NCBI RefSeq assembly: GCF_000017305.1
Contig: NC_009664.2
Location: forward strand, 330,001-362,000
Origin: Kineococcus radiotolerans SRS30216 = ATCC BAA-149
GTDB taxonomy: Bacteria; Actinomycetota; Actinomycetes; Actinomycetales; Kineococcaceae
DNA length: 32,000 nucleotides
Reading direction: 5' to 3'
Numbering within the stretch: position 1 is the stretch's first letter; each line of letters starts with the position of its first letter. Made by a program: the position numbers and the translations under genes. A model generated the notes under the pieces. It was not told where the DNA came from. It searched no databases and worked only from the letters and a program-made list of their open reading frames with translations. Below, one piece after another: positions 16,895-25,592 of the stretch.

Positions 16895-17233
16895 TCAGCG
16901 CACGGTGCGCAGGCCGCGGGCGGCCAGCGAGGCGAGGTCGTCGCAGGAGTCCAGGACGAGGGCGAAGTCCAGGACGTCGTCCCAGGCGATGGTGGAGCCG
17001 TGGTGCTCCTCCATGGCCTCGGCGGGGATGCTCCAGCGCTCCACGGCGACGCCGCCGGAGACGAGCAGCGCGACGACGTCCTCGCCGGCGGGCTTGCGGA
17101 CCTCGTCCTTGCACTTGGGGCAGCCGAACGCGTAGAAGGAGCGGTCCTTGGCGGAGCAGACCACGAGGCGCACCTGCTTCGGGGTGAGCTCGACGTCGCC
17201 GCAGCAGGGGCAGGATGCCTTGATCGTGGTCAT
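16895..17233 (-). CDS. small C4 zinc-ribbon protein, function unknown
   Basis: 112 aa from ATG 17233, with a GGAAGG Shine-Dalgarno 8 nt upstream. The tracked GTG at 17242 is an alternative start. Third-position G/C is near 100%, a strong coding signal. CPCCG-x26-CPKC forms a four-Cys knuckle pair, followed by an acidic C-terminal half. I recognise no family. Confidence 0.75.
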   Translation of the reverse strand: MTTIKASCPCCGDVELTPKQVRLVVCSAKDRSFYAFGCPKCKDEVRKPAGEDVVALLVSGGVAVERWSIPAEAMEEHHGSTIAWDDVLDFALVLDSCDDLASLAARGLRTVR

Positions 17234-17341
17234 GTCGAGCACCTTCCGTTCGTGGTGTGGGTCCGGCGGCGGCTCCCGCCGTCCGACAACCAGTGCTTCG
17301 GCACGAGCCCGCGATCCCTTGAACTCCCGTTCGGACGAACC

Positions 17342-18376
17342 TCAGACCGTCTCGTGACCTTGCGCACTCACCTGATTACTCTGTGTTGCCAACGGGTCTG
17401 ACGAGTAGCGCTCCAGCGCCGCCAGCGCCCCCTGCCGCACCTCCACGGCCAGCTCCGGGGGGTCCACCACGCGGGCCCCGGCCCCCAGCCGCAGCAGCAG
17501 CCGGTGCACCCAGCGGGTGTCGGCGGTGCGCAGCCGCACCCGCAGCGCCGCGTCCTCCCAGGCGTCCTCAGGAGCCTCCTGCACCGACTCCACCGGGTAG
17601 TAGTCCACGACCCACACCGCCTGCGGAGCCAGGTCGATGGTCACGACGAGGTCGTCGGGGCTGGGCGCGAACAGGTCCGAGCCGACGTCGCGCGAGACCG
17701 CCCGCGCCGGCGGGGTGCCGTCGACGTCGAGCACCTGCGCGGACTCGATCCGGTCCACCCGGAACAGCCGCACGCCCTCGGCGCGGTGGCACCAGGCCTC
17801 CAGGTACCAGCGTCCCTCCACGCTCACCAGCCGCATCGGGTCCACGTCGCGCTCGGTGCGCTCGTCGCGGCTGGGCACCAGGTAGCTCAGGTGCAGGCGC
17901 CGGTGCTCGCGCAGCGCGGTCCGGCAGGTCTGCAGGACCGAGGCGCTCTCCTCCCCCGAGCCCACGTCCACGCTCACCGAGCCCGCGGCGCGCCCGGCCT
18001 CCCCAGTGGCCTCCGACAGCTTCGCCAGCGCCCCCTCCAGGGCCTCGCGGTCGTGCAGGCCGGGGACCTCCGCCAGCGTCCGCAGCCCCACCAGCAGCGC
18101 CACCGCCTCGTCCACGGCCAGCCGCGCCGGGCGGGCGATGGGGTCGGCGTTGGAGAGGTAGACGTGCCCGGAGTCCCAGCGCGCGTCGATGAGGTCGTCG
18201 GGCATGTGCCCCGGCGTGCCGCACACGAAGAGCAGTTCCAGGTCGTGGACGAGGTCGTCGGTGCTGAGGCCGAAGTGCCGCGAGGCCTCCTCCAGGGGGA
18301 TCCCCTGGTGGGTCAGCAGGTAGGGCACCATCGCCAGCAGCCGCGAGAGGCGCTCGGTGGAGGCGCTGCCGCTCAC
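17342..18376 (-). CDS. pafC: HTH/WYL-domain transcriptional regulator PafC
   Basis: The GTG at 18376..18374 overlaps the pafB TGA (GTGA). The product begins VSGSASTERLSRLLAMVPYLLTHQGIPLEEASRHFGLSTDDLVHDLELLFVCGTPGHMPDDLIDA, a typical PafC N-terminus. WYL and WCX regions follow (RWYLEAWCHRAEGVRLFRVDRI). The tracked 650-aa ORF is an upstream shadow. Confidence 0.85.
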   Translation of the reverse strand: MSGSASTERLSRLLAMVPYLLTHQGIPLEEASRHFGLSTDDLVHDLELLFVCGTPGHMPDDLIDARWDSGHVYLSNADPIARPARLAVDEAVALLVGLRTLAEVPGLHDREALEGALAKLSEATGEAGRAAGSVSVDVGSGEESASVLQTCRTALREHRRLHLSYLVPSRDERTERDVDPMRLVSVEGRWYLEAWCHRAEGVRLFRVDRIESAQVLDVDGTPPARAVSRDVGSDLFAPSPDDLVVTIDLAPQAVWVVDYYPVESVQEAPEDAWEDAALRVRLRTADTRWVHRLLLRLGAGARVVDPPELAVEVRQGALAALERYSSDPLATQSNQVSAQGHETV

Positions 18377-19431
18377 GCCGGGCCCCCCGCCGGGTCGGCC
18401 GCCGGCTGCCCGGCCGCGCCGCGCAGCCGCCGCAGCACCGCCTCGCGCAGCTCCGGCGGTTCCAGCACCACGACGTCGGCGCCGTACGCCGCGAGCTCGT
18501 CGGCGCTCATCTCCACGTCGCTGACGTCCACCACGACCACGTCCTCCCGCTCGCCCGCCTCCACCGTGCGCGCCCGCCGCCGCAGCGTCAGACCGGCCCC
18601 CGAGCGCACCAGCAGCCGCGCCCGGCGCGTCGTGGTGGGCCCGACGGTGCCCGCGACGATCTCGCGCGGGTCGATGCCCTCGGGCACCTCGTAGGACCCC
18701 GCCCGCCCGATCCGCTTGACCGCCGAGGCCACCCGCGAGAGCCGGAACACCCGCGAGTCGTCGCGGTCGCGGTCGTGGCCGACGAGGTACCAGCGCCCGT
18801 GCCAGCTGACGATGGCCCACGGCTCCACGTGGCGGGTGGCGGGCTCGCCCCCGGCGCGGCGGTAGGTGAACGACACCGGCGTGCGGTCGCGGGTCGCGGC
18901 GTAGAGGGGGTCGAAGGCCGGCTCGGCGGTGCGCACGCGCGGCTCGACGCCGATGAGGGAGCTCTCGTCCGGCTCCACCCCCAGGCTGCGCAGCTTCACC
19001 AGCGCCCGGGTCGCGGGCCCGGCGAGGCTGGCCTGCTGCCAGACCCGGCTGGCCAGCGACAGCACCGCCAGCTCCGCGGGGGTGAAGCGGATCTCGGGCA
19101 GGGCGTAGGCCTCGCGGTCGATGCGGTAGCCGGCCTCGTCCTCGAACAGCGGGTCCTCCCCGCCGGTCTCCAGCGGGACCCCGAGCTCGCGCAGGTCCTC
19201 CTTGTCGCGCTCGAACATCCGCTCGAAGGCGACGGTGGTGGCGCAGTCGGCGTACTGCGGGACGGCGGTGCGGATCTGCTCCTTGGTGAGCCAACGCCGG
19301 GTCGCGGAGAGCGCGATGACGAGGTTCAGCAGCCGCTCGGTGCGCCGGGCCCCGCGCGCGGCGGCCGCCGCCCCGCCCGGGGGACCGGAGGACGTCGCGG
19401 GGGTCGCGGGGGTCCCGGATGTCGTCGCCAT
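18373..19431 (-). CDS. pafB: HTH/WYL-domain transcriptional regulator PafB
   Basis: Starts at ATG 19431 (MATTSGTP...). The HTH reads TERLLNLVIALSATRRWLTKEQIRTAV, and the WYL region reads GRWYLVGHDRDRDDSRVFRLSRV. It is 353 aa. The 90 upstream codons in the track cross the divergent gene's start. Confidence 0.85.
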   Translation of the reverse strand: MATTSGTPATPATSSGPPGGAAAAARGARRTERLLNLVIALSATRRWLTKEQIRTAVPQYADCATTVAFERMFERDKEDLRELGVPLETGGEDPLFEDEAGYRIDREAYALPEIRFTPAELAVLSLASRVWQQASLAGPATRALVKLRSLGVEPDESSLIGVEPRVRTAEPAFDPLYAATRDRTPVSFTYRRAGGEPATRHVEPWAIVSWHGRWYLVGHDRDRDDSRVFRLSRVASAVKRIGRAGSYEVPEGIDPREIVAGTVGPTTTRRARLLVRSGAGLTLRRRARTVEAGEREDVVVVDVSDVEMSADELAAYGADVVVLEPPELREAVLRRLRGAAGQPAADPAGGPA

Positions 19432-19498
19432 GGTGGCTGGGACGCTACCGGAACCCGCGCCACCGGCACCCCGCGCGCGCCCTGCGTACGCTCCCGGC

Positions 19499-20590
19499 GT
19501 GACGATCACCTGGCGTTCAGCGACGGTCCAGCGCCTCGGCGCGGCGTGGGCGGGGTCGCAGGAGCTGTTCGCGACCCTCACCTCGGGCCCGGAGCCGGGC
19601 CGGGAGGTGAGGGCGCTGGCCCACCCGGACCTGGTGGGCTCCCCGCGCCCCGGGGACCGGGTGCTGCTCAACGTCTCCGCCCTGGCCCGCGGGCTGGGCA
19701 CCGGCGGCTACGCCCTCGTCGTGGCCCTGCCCGACGCGCTGCCCCCCGACCCGCCGCCGGGGCCCGGGCACCTGGTGAAGGCCCGCTACACGCCGCTGCA
19801 GACGATGGTGCTGGGCGCGGACGACCAGGAGTCCCCCCACCACGCCCTGCTCGCCGACGCCGACGACCTCGACGGCACCCCCGTCGTGGTGGCCGACCTG
19901 CACTCCGCGCTGCCCGCGGTCGTGGCGGGGGTCCGCGCCGACGCCCCGCACGCCCGCGTCGCCTACGTCATGACCGACGGCGGGGCGCTGCCCGCGGCGT
20001 TCTCCCGCGCGGTCGCGGGTCTGCGCGAGGCGGGCTGGCTGGCCGCGTGCGTCACCACCGGGCAGGCCTTCGGCGGCGACCTGGAGACCGCCACCGTCCA
20101 CACCGGCCTGCTCGCCGCGAAGCTCGTCGTCGGCGCCGACGTCGTCGTCGTGGCCCAGGGCCCGGGCAACCTGGGCACGGGCTCGCGCTGGGGGTTCTCC
20201 GGCGTCGCGGCCGGGGAGGCCCTCAACGCCGCCGCCGTCCTGGGCGGGCGCCCGGTCGCGGCCCTGCGCGTCTCCGAGGCCGACCCCCGCGAGCGCCACC
20301 GCGGGATCTCCCACCACACGACGACCGCCGTGGGCCGCGTCGCCCTGGCCCCCGTCGACGTCGCCGTCCCCGACTCCCCCGGCGCCTTCCACGACGGGGT
20401 CCGCGCGCAGGCCCGCGCCCTGTGCGGGCGCCGCCACACCTACGTGGAGGTCCCCGCCGCCGGCCTCGACGAGGCCCTGGCCACCAGCCCCGTGCGCCTG
20501 TCGACCATGGGCCGCGGCCTCGACGCCGACCGCGCGGGCTTCGTCGCCGCCGCCGCCGCCGGCCGCCACGCCGCCGGCCTCCTCGGGTGA
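19499..20590 (+). CDS. conserved hypothetical protein, probably DUF3866 family
   Basis: 363 aa from GTG 19499 (VTITWRSATVQRLGAAW...). The tracked start at 19202 would run antisense through pafB. The family call rests on my recollection of DUF3866 proteins (about 350-370 aa) next to pafBC and FKBP genes in actinobacterial annotations, not on a search. Confidence 0.6.
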   Translation: MTITWRSATVQRLGAAWAGSQELFATLTSGPEPGREVRALAHPDLVGSPRPGDRVLLNVSALARGLGTGGYALVVALPDALPPDPPPGPGHLVKARYTPLQTMVLGADDQESPHHALLADADDLDGTPVVVADLHSALPAVVAGVRADAPHARVAYVMTDGGALPAAFSRAVAGLREAGWLAACVTTGQAFGGDLETATVHTGLLAAKLVVGADVVVVAQGPGNLGTGSRWGFSGVAAGEALNAAAVLGGRPVAALRVSEADPRERHRGISHHTTTAVGRVALAPVDVAVPDSPGAFHDGVRAQARALCGRRHTYVEVPAAGLDEALATSPVRLSTMGRGLDADRAGFVAAAAAGRHAAGLLG

Positions 20591-20634
20591 GGTGGGGGCT
20601 CGCCTTCCCCGAGCCACGCCCCGGTGACGACGAA

Positions 20635-20751
20635 GGGCGGTGGGTGAACCCCTTCGACGGACGTCCGGAGTGAGCGCCTGAGGGAGGACGGGAGGTCCTG
20701 CCCTTGCCCGGCGCGAACGGAGTGTCCGACGAAGGGGTTCACCCACCGCCC
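20635..20751. repeat. 117-nt inverted repeat (22-bp perfect arms, extendable to 28 bp with one mismatch)
   Basis: The left arm gggcggtgggtgaaccccttcg (20635-20656) is the exact reverse complement of cgaaggggttcacccaccgccc (20730-20751). Pairing extends through a/a + cggac/gtccg. The 73-nt interior has further self-complementarity (cggacgtccg, gcgcc...ggcgc, aggac...gtcct). It lies between the convergent DUF3866-like and FKBP genes. Confidence 0.85.
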
Positions 20752-20782
20752 GGGACCGACCTCAGCGGAGGGTGTGCGAGAC

Positions 20783-21160
20783 CTACTTCACGTCGACGAG
20801 GTCGACGACGAAGATCAGGGTCTCCCCGCCCTTGATGGCCCCGCCGGCGCCGCGGTCGCCGTAGCCGAGGTGCGGGGGGATGACGAGCTTGCGGCGCCCG
20901 CCGACCTTCATGCCGAGCAGGCCCTGGTCCCAGCCCTTGATGACCATGCCGGCACCGACGGGGAAGTCCAGCGGCTGGCCGCGGTTCCAGGAGGAGTCGA
21001 ACTCCTCGCCGGTGCTGAAGGCCACGCCGACGTAGTGGGCGCTGACGGTCTTGCCGGGGGTGGCCTCGGCGCCGTCGCCGACGATCTGGTCGGTGATCTC
21101 GAGCTCGGTCGGCGGTTCGCCGCCGGGGAAGTCGATCTCGGGCTTGGTGCGTTCAGTCAT
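20783..21160 (-). CDS. FKBP-type peptidyl-prolyl cis-trans isomerase (cytoplasmic, single domain)
   Basis: 125 aa. The canonical FKBP core is present: VSAHYVGVAFSTGEEFDSSW, FPVGAGMVIKGWDQGLLGMKVGGRRKLVIPPHLGYG, LIFVVDLVDV. Confidence 0.9.
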   Translation of the reverse strand: MTERTKPEIDFPGGEPPTELEITDQIVGDGAEATPGKTVSAHYVGVAFSTGEEFDSSWNRGQPLDFPVGAGMVIKGWDQGLLGMKVGGRRKLVIPPHLGYGDRGAGGAIKGGETLIFVVDLVDVK

Positions 21161-21176
21161 GTCCGCGAGCCTAGCC

Positions 21177-22199
21177 TCAGTACGCGTCGAGGATGTCGAC
21201 GACGAAGACCAGCGCCCCGGCGGGGCGTCCCTCGGCGGGGGTGTCGCCGTAGGCCTTGGCGGCGGGGATGACGAGCAGGACGCGGCTGCCGACGGTCTGC
21301 CCGATGAGGCCCTCGTCCCAGCCGGTGATGAGCTGACCGGTCCCGATGGGGGTCTGGAAGGGGTCGGCCTCCCAGGAGGACTGGAACACCTTCCCGTCGG
21401 CGAGGGTGGCGCCGACGTACTGCATCTTGACGTTCATGCCGGCGGTCAGGGCGGGGCCGCTGCCCTGCAGGAGCGGCTGCACGACGGTGTCGGCGGGCGG
21501 GGTGGGGTTGGAGACGGTGAAGCCGGTGGGGACGCCCTCGGCGTCGTAGGTGACCACCGGGAGGTCGGCGGGCGGGGTGACGGGGGTGCCGTCGGCCCGG
21601 GTGGGGATGACGCGGATGAGGTCCGCGACCATGATCATGGTGGTGGAGGCGTCCACGCCCTCCTTGCCGAAGCGGGTGTTCGCCTCCCCGAAGCCGTCCT
21701 CGGGGGCGATGGCGATGACGAGGCGGTCCCCGACGTGGGCGCCGACGAAGCCCCGGGCCAGGCCCTTGGTGATCTTGGCGAGCTCGAAGCGGGCGTCGGT
21801 GCCGCCGTAGCTGGAGTCCAGCTCCTCGCCGGTGGAGCCGGCGTAGAGGGAGTAGGCGAACTGCAGCTCGTCGGTGTCCTTGACCTCCACGCCCGTCCCC
21901 GGGGTGACGACCTTGCGCTTGGTCTCGGTGACGGCCAGCGGCGGGGCGAACGTCACGGTCGGCTTGACCGCGGGGTTCACCTCGCCCTCCACCGTCACGG
22001 CCAGGGTGGTGTCGTCGGCCGCGGGCTCGATGGTGTTCGCCGACTGCGAGGCCGAGGCGCTCTGCTGGGTCTCGTCGGGCACGTCGCCCTCGGAGGCGCA
22101 CGCGCCGAGGAGGGTCATCGCCAGGGCGGCGGAGGCGGACAGGACGGCGGTACGGCGGCGCACGAAGGTCCTCACGGTCGTCGGGTCGAACTGACTCAC
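21177..22199 (-). CDS. FKBP-type peptidyl-prolyl isomerase lipoprotein (N-terminal extra domain plus C-terminal FKBP domain)
   Basis: 340 aa. The signal peptide has a lipobox (AALAMTLLGAC). The C-terminal FKBP core reads MQYVGATLADGKVFQSSW, IGTGQLITGWDEGLIGQTVGSRVLLVIPAAKAYG, LVFVVDILDAY. The start is GTG at 22199 or GTG at 22175. Confidence 0.8.
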   Translation of the reverse strand: MSQFDPTTVRTFVRRRTAVLSASAALAMTLLGACASEGDVPDETQQSASASQSANTIEPAADDTTLAVTVEGEVNPAVKPTVTFAPPLAVTETKRKVVTPGTGVEVKDTDELQFAYSLYAGSTGEELDSSYGGTDARFELAKITKGLARGFVGAHVGDRLVIAIAPEDGFGEANTRFGKEGVDASTTMIMVADLIRVIPTRADGTPVTPPADLPVVTYDAEGVPTGFTVSNPTPPADTVVQPLLQGSGPALTAGMNVKMQYVGATLADGKVFQSSWEADPFQTPIGTGQLITGWDEGLIGQTVGSRVLLVIPAAKAYGDTPAEGRPAGALVFVVDILDAY

Positions 22200-22235
22200 C
22201 CTAACCGCCGACCCTGGGCGATCGCTGGGCAGCCG

Positions 22236-23597
22236 TCACATGCTGTCGATGAGCCGTTCCACCCGGTCGTCGACGGCCTTGAAGGGGTCCTTGCACAGCA
22301 CCGTCCGCTGGGCCTGGTCGTTGAGCTTGAGGTGCACCCAGTCCACGGTGAAGTCGCGGCGCTTCTCCTGCGCCGCGCGCACGAAGTCCCCGCGCAGCTT
22401 CGCGCGGGTCGTCTGCGGGGGGACGCTGAGCGCCTCGAACACCTCGATGTCGGAGCAGACCCGCTCGGCCATCCCGCGCTCGGCCAGCATGTAGTGCAGC
22501 CCGCGCTTGCGGTGGATGTCGTGGTAGGCGAGGTCGAGGCGGGCGATGCGCGGGGAGGTCAGCGGCAGGTCGTGCTTGGCCATGTACCGGTCCAGCAGCT
22601 TCTTCTTGATCACCCAGTCCACCTCGCGGTCCACCAGGGAGAAGTCCTGGGTGGCCACCGCCCGCAGCGCCCGTTCCCACAGGTCCAGGACCCGCTTGAT
22701 CGTGGGTGTCTGCAAGCCCCGCGACTCGACGAACTCCTTGGCCTTCTCCAGGTACTCCTCCTGGATCTCCAGCGCGCTGGCCTCGCGGCCGTTGGCGAGG
22801 CGGACGGGCTTGCGCCCGGTCATGTCGTGGCTGATCTCCCGGATCGCGCGGATCGGGTTCTCCATCGTCATCTCGCGCAGGACCACCCCCTCCTCGACCA
22901 TCCGCAGGACGAGGTCGGTCGCGCCGAGCTTGAGCATCGTCGTCGTCTCGGACATGTTGGAGTCGCCGACGATGACGTGCAGGCGCCGGTAGCGCTCGGC
23001 GTCGGCGTGCGGCTCGTCGCGGGTGTTGATGATGGGCCGGCTGCGCGTCGTCGCGCTGGAGACGCCCTCCCAGATGTGGTCGGCCCGCTGCGAGAGCGAG
23101 TACACCGCCCCGCGCGGGGTCTGCACGACCTTCCCGGCCCCCACGATGAGCTGTCGCGAGACCAGGAACGGGATGAGGACGTCGGAGAGCTTGCCGAACT
23201 CCCCGTGCCGCGACACCAGGTAGTTCTCGTGGCAGCCGTAGGAGTTGCCCGCGGAGTCGGTGTTGTTCTTGAAGAGGAACACCTCCCCGGCGATCCCCTC
23301 CTCCTCCAGCCGGCGCTCGGCGTCGGTGAGCAGGCCCTCCAGGGTCCGCTCCCCCGCCCGGTCGTGCACGACGAGCTGACGCACGTCGTCGCACTCGGGG
23401 GTGGCGTACTCGGGGTGCGAACCCACGTCGAGGTAGAGGCGCGCACCGTTCTTGAGGAACACGTTGCTCGAACGGCCCCACGACACGACCTTGCGGAACA
23501 AGTACCGGGCCACCTCGTCGGGCGACAGCTTGCGCTGCCCCTCGAACGCGCAGGTGACACCGAACTCGGTCTCCAGTCCGAAGATCCGGCGATCCAT
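22236..23597 (-). CDS. pafA: Pup-protein ligase PafA
   Basis: 453 aa. It begins [13 protein letters not shown] and has the carboxylate-amine ligase fold motifs shared with Dop ([52 protein letters not shown]). It lacks the Dop-specific loop. Confidence 0.95.
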   Translation of the reverse strand: MDRRIFGLETEFGVTCAFEGQRKLSPDEVARYLFRKVVSWGRSSNVFLKNGARLYLDVGSHPEYATPECDDVRQLVVHDRAGERTLEGLLTDAERRLEEEGIAGEVFLFKNNTDSAGNSYGCHENYLVSRHGEFGKLSDVLIPFLVSRQLIVGAGKVVQTPRGAVYSLSQRADHIWEGVSSATTRSRPIINTRDEPHADAERYRRLHVIVGDSNMSETTTMLKLGATDLVLRMVEEGVVLREMTMENPIRAIREISHDMTGRKPVRLANGREASALEIQEEYLEKAKEFVESRGLQTPTIKRVLDLWERALRAVATQDFSLVDREVDWVIKKKLLDRYMAKHDLPLTSPRIARLDLAYHDIHRKRGLHYMLAERGMAERVCSDIEVFEALSVPPQTTRAKLRGDFVRAAQEKRRDFTVDWVHLKLNDQAQRTVLCKDPFKAVDDRVERLIDSM

Positions 23598-23656
23598 CTC
23601 CCCACCCTATGCACTCGGGCCCCGCGCGGCGCAGCGAACGCGTCGAGCCGCGGGGA

Positions 23657-23688
23657 CGGCCCGCCCCGGGAGGACCCGGGACGGGCCG
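23657..23688 (-). terminator. hairpin between prcA and pafA (terminator or attenuator)
   Basis: cggcccgccccgg-gaggac-ccgggacgggccg forms a 13-bp stem with one G.U pair on the transcribed strand. It lies 24 nt after the prcA stop and about 60 nt before the pafA ATG. Confidence 0.4.
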
Positions 23689-23711
23689 CGCGAGCCCGCG
23701 GGGGCGGGGTC

Positions 23712-24425
23712 TCAGCCGGTCCCGGCCAGCAACCCGGCCAGCACCGGGCCGCTGAGGCGGCGGAACGTGCGGCGCTCGCGGGTGCGGTCCAGGACCGCGA
23801 CCTCGAGGTGGTCGGGGGCGATCTCTCGGGGCCCGGTGCCCGCGGCCTCGGCGGCGGCGTCGGAGCCGAGCGCCTCCACGGCCAGGCGCAGGGCCTCCGC
23901 CAGGGTCAGCCCGGCGTGCCAGCGCTCGCGCAGCTTGGCCGAGATCTGGTCCGCGGAGCCCCCCATGGCGACGAAGCCGTGCTCGTCGGCGACGGACCCG
24001 TCGTAGGTGAGGCGGTAGATCTGGTCGGTCTCGGGACGGCGGCCGACCTCGGCGACGACGAGCTCGACCTCGTAGGGCTTGGACTCGGTGGTGAAGATCG
24101 CCCCGAGGGTCTGGGCGTAGGCGTTGGCCAGCCCGCGGGCGGTGACGTCGGAGCGGTCGTAGGAGTAGCCGCGCACGTCGGCGTAGCGCACCCCGGCCAC
24201 CCGCAGGTTCTCGAACTCGTTGTACTTGCCGACCGCGGCGAAGGCGACGCGGTCGTAGATCTCGGAGATCTTGTGCAGCGCGCGGGAGGCGTTCTCGGAG
24301 ACGAAGGCGATCCCGTCGGCGTGGGCGAGGACGACCACGGCGCGCCCGCGGGCGATGCCCTTGCGCGCGTAGTCGGCCTTGTCCTTCATGAGCTGCTCGG
24401 GCGAGACGTAGAACGGGGTGCTCAC
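23712..24425 (-). CDS. prcA: 20S proteasome alpha subunit PrcA
   Basis: Starts at GTG 24425, with a GGAGGGA Shine-Dalgarno upstream, 2 nt after the prcB stop. The product begins [33 protein letters not shown], a typical bacterial alpha-subunit N-terminus. It is 237 aa. The tracked 308-aa form is an Arg-rich shadow extension. Confidence 0.9.
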   Translation of the reverse strand: MSTPFYVSPEQLMKDKADYARKGIARGRAVVVLAHADGIAFVSENASRALHKISEIYDRVAFAAVGKYNEFENLRVAGVRYADVRGYSYDRSDVTARGLANAYAQTLGAIFTTESKPYEVELVVAEVGRRPETDQIYRLTYDGSVADEHGFVAMGGSADQISAKLRERWHAGLTLAEALRLAVEALGSDAAAEAAGTGPREIAPDHLEVAVLDRTRERRTFRRLSGPVLAGLLAGTG

Positions 24426-24427
24426 GG

Positions 24428-25336
24428 TCAGTTCCCTCCGTCGCCGTGGACAGCGCTGATGCCGGGGTTGCCGCCGGGGTTGCCGCGCCGCCCGGCGACG
24501 ACGGCCTCCACGACGGGTTCGAGCTCGGCGTCGGGCACCCGGCGGTAGCCCTCGGCGGTGGTGACGCCCACGACGGGCCAGATCTTGCGCAGCAGGTCCG
24601 GGCCGCCGGTGGCGGAGTCGTCGTCGGCGGCGTCCCACAGCGCCTCGAGGGCGACCCGGACCGTCTCCGCCTCGCTCATCCCGGGCCGGTACAGCTTCTT
24701 CAGCGACCCGCGCGCGAAGAGCGAGCCCGACCCCACGGTGTGGTGGTCGTGCTCCTCCGAGCGGCCGCCGGTGATGTCGTAGCCCACGATGCGCCCGCGA
24801 CCGGCGTCGAGGTCGTAGCCGGCGAACAGCGGGACCACGGCCAGGCCCTGCATGGCCATGCCGAGGTTCGCGCGGATCATCGTGGAGAGCCGGTTGGCCT
24901 TGCCCTCGAAGGACATCAGCGTCCCCTCGAGCTTCTCGAAGTGCTCCAGCTCGACCTGGAACAGGCGGATCATCTCCACCGCCAGCCCCGCGGTGCCGGC
25001 GATCCCGGCGCAGGAGTGCTCGTCGGTCTGGAAGACCTTCTGGATGTCGCGCTGGGCGATCATCGGCCCGGCGGTGGCGCGGCGGTCACCGGCCATGACG
25101 ACCCCGTCGGCGAAGACGAGCGCGACGATGGTCGTGGCGTGCGGGGGCTCACCGGCTCCGGGACCGCCCCCGGGCAGCGCCGCCGCGGCGGGCAGGGTGC
25201 GCGTCGCGGGGAGGATCTCGGGGGAGTACTCGCGCACGAAGTCGGTGAAGGACGAGGAACCGGGCCGCAGGAACGCGGCGGGCAACCGGCCTGACTGATC
25301 GCTGGAGTGGCTCACCTCCCGGACCCTACCCGCCAC
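24428..25336 (-). CDS. prcB: 20S proteasome beta subunit PrcB (with propeptide)
   Basis: A propeptide of about 60 residues contains SSFTDFV. The catalytic Thr follows at ...[27 protein letters not shown]. The start is uncertain: GTG at 25336 or GTG at 25315. Confidence 0.9.
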   Translation of the reverse strand: MAGRVREVSHSSDQSGRLPAAFLRPGSSSFTDFVREYSPEILPATRTLPAAAALPGGGPGAGEPPHATTIVALVFADGVVMAGDRRATAGPMIAQRDIQKVFQTDEHSCAGIAGTAGLAVEMIRLFQVELEHFEKLEGTLMSFEGKANRLSTMIRANLGMAMQGLAVVPLFAGYDLDAGRGRIVGYDITGGRSEEHDHHTVGSGSLFARGSLKKLYRPGMSEAETVRVALEALWDAADDDSATGGPDLLRKIWPVVGVTTAEGYRRVPDAELEPVVEAVVAGRRGNPGGNPGISAVHGDGGN

Positions 25337-25394
25337 CCCCGGCGCGCGCCGGGAGGGTGCGGGAGGGCCCGAGGGGGTGCGGGACCCGGAGGGG

Positions 25395-25592
25395 CTACTG
25401 CCCGCCCTTCTGGACGAAGCCGCGGACGAACTCCTCGGAGTTGGACTCCAGGACCTCGTCGATCTCGTCGAGCAGGGCGTCGACGTCGGCGTCGCTCTCC
25501 TTGGCCTGGGCCCCGGCCTGGGCGGGGACGACGGGAGTCTCCTCCACGTCCTCCTCGCGGCGGCTCGGGCGCTGCTGCTCGTGTCCAGACAT
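25395..25592 (-). CDS. pup: prokaryotic ubiquitin-like protein Pup
   Basis: 65 aa from ATG 25592, with a GGGGGAG Shine-Dalgarno 6 nt upstream. The sequence is [65 protein letters not shown]. It is acidic and low in complexity, carries the Mpa-binding helix, and ends in GGQ. Confidence 0.9.
   Translation of the reverse strand: MSGHEQQRPSRREEDVEETPVVPAQAGAQAKESDADVDALLDEIDEVLESNSEEFVRGFVQKGGQ

Noticed and set aside
17281-17289. Partial PafBC/RecA-NDp-like -35 element (TTGTCGGAC on the minus strand) upstream of the zinc-ribbon ORF, and TGCCGGTG in the pafB upstream region.
   Set aside because: The full motif is TGTCRGTG-N8-TANNNT. In neither place is there a TANNNT hexamer at the required 8-nt spacing.
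19211-19226. LexA/SOS-box-like sequence TCGAACATCCGCTCGA, one mismatch from the actinobacterial TCGAAC-N4-GTTCGA.
   Set aside because: It lies about 200 nt inside the pafB coding sequence, not in a promoter, and carries a mismatch in a core position. It is most likely chance. A genome-wide LexA motif scan would settle it.
20440-20742. A 100-aa minus-strand ORF covering the large inverted repeat, and a 13-codon plus-strand mini-ORF starting at GTG inside the left arm.
   Set aside because: The 100-aa ORF is mostly antisense to the 3' end of the DUF3866-like gene and has no coding periodicity of its own in the intergenic part. The mini-ORF has no Shine-Dalgarno or other support.
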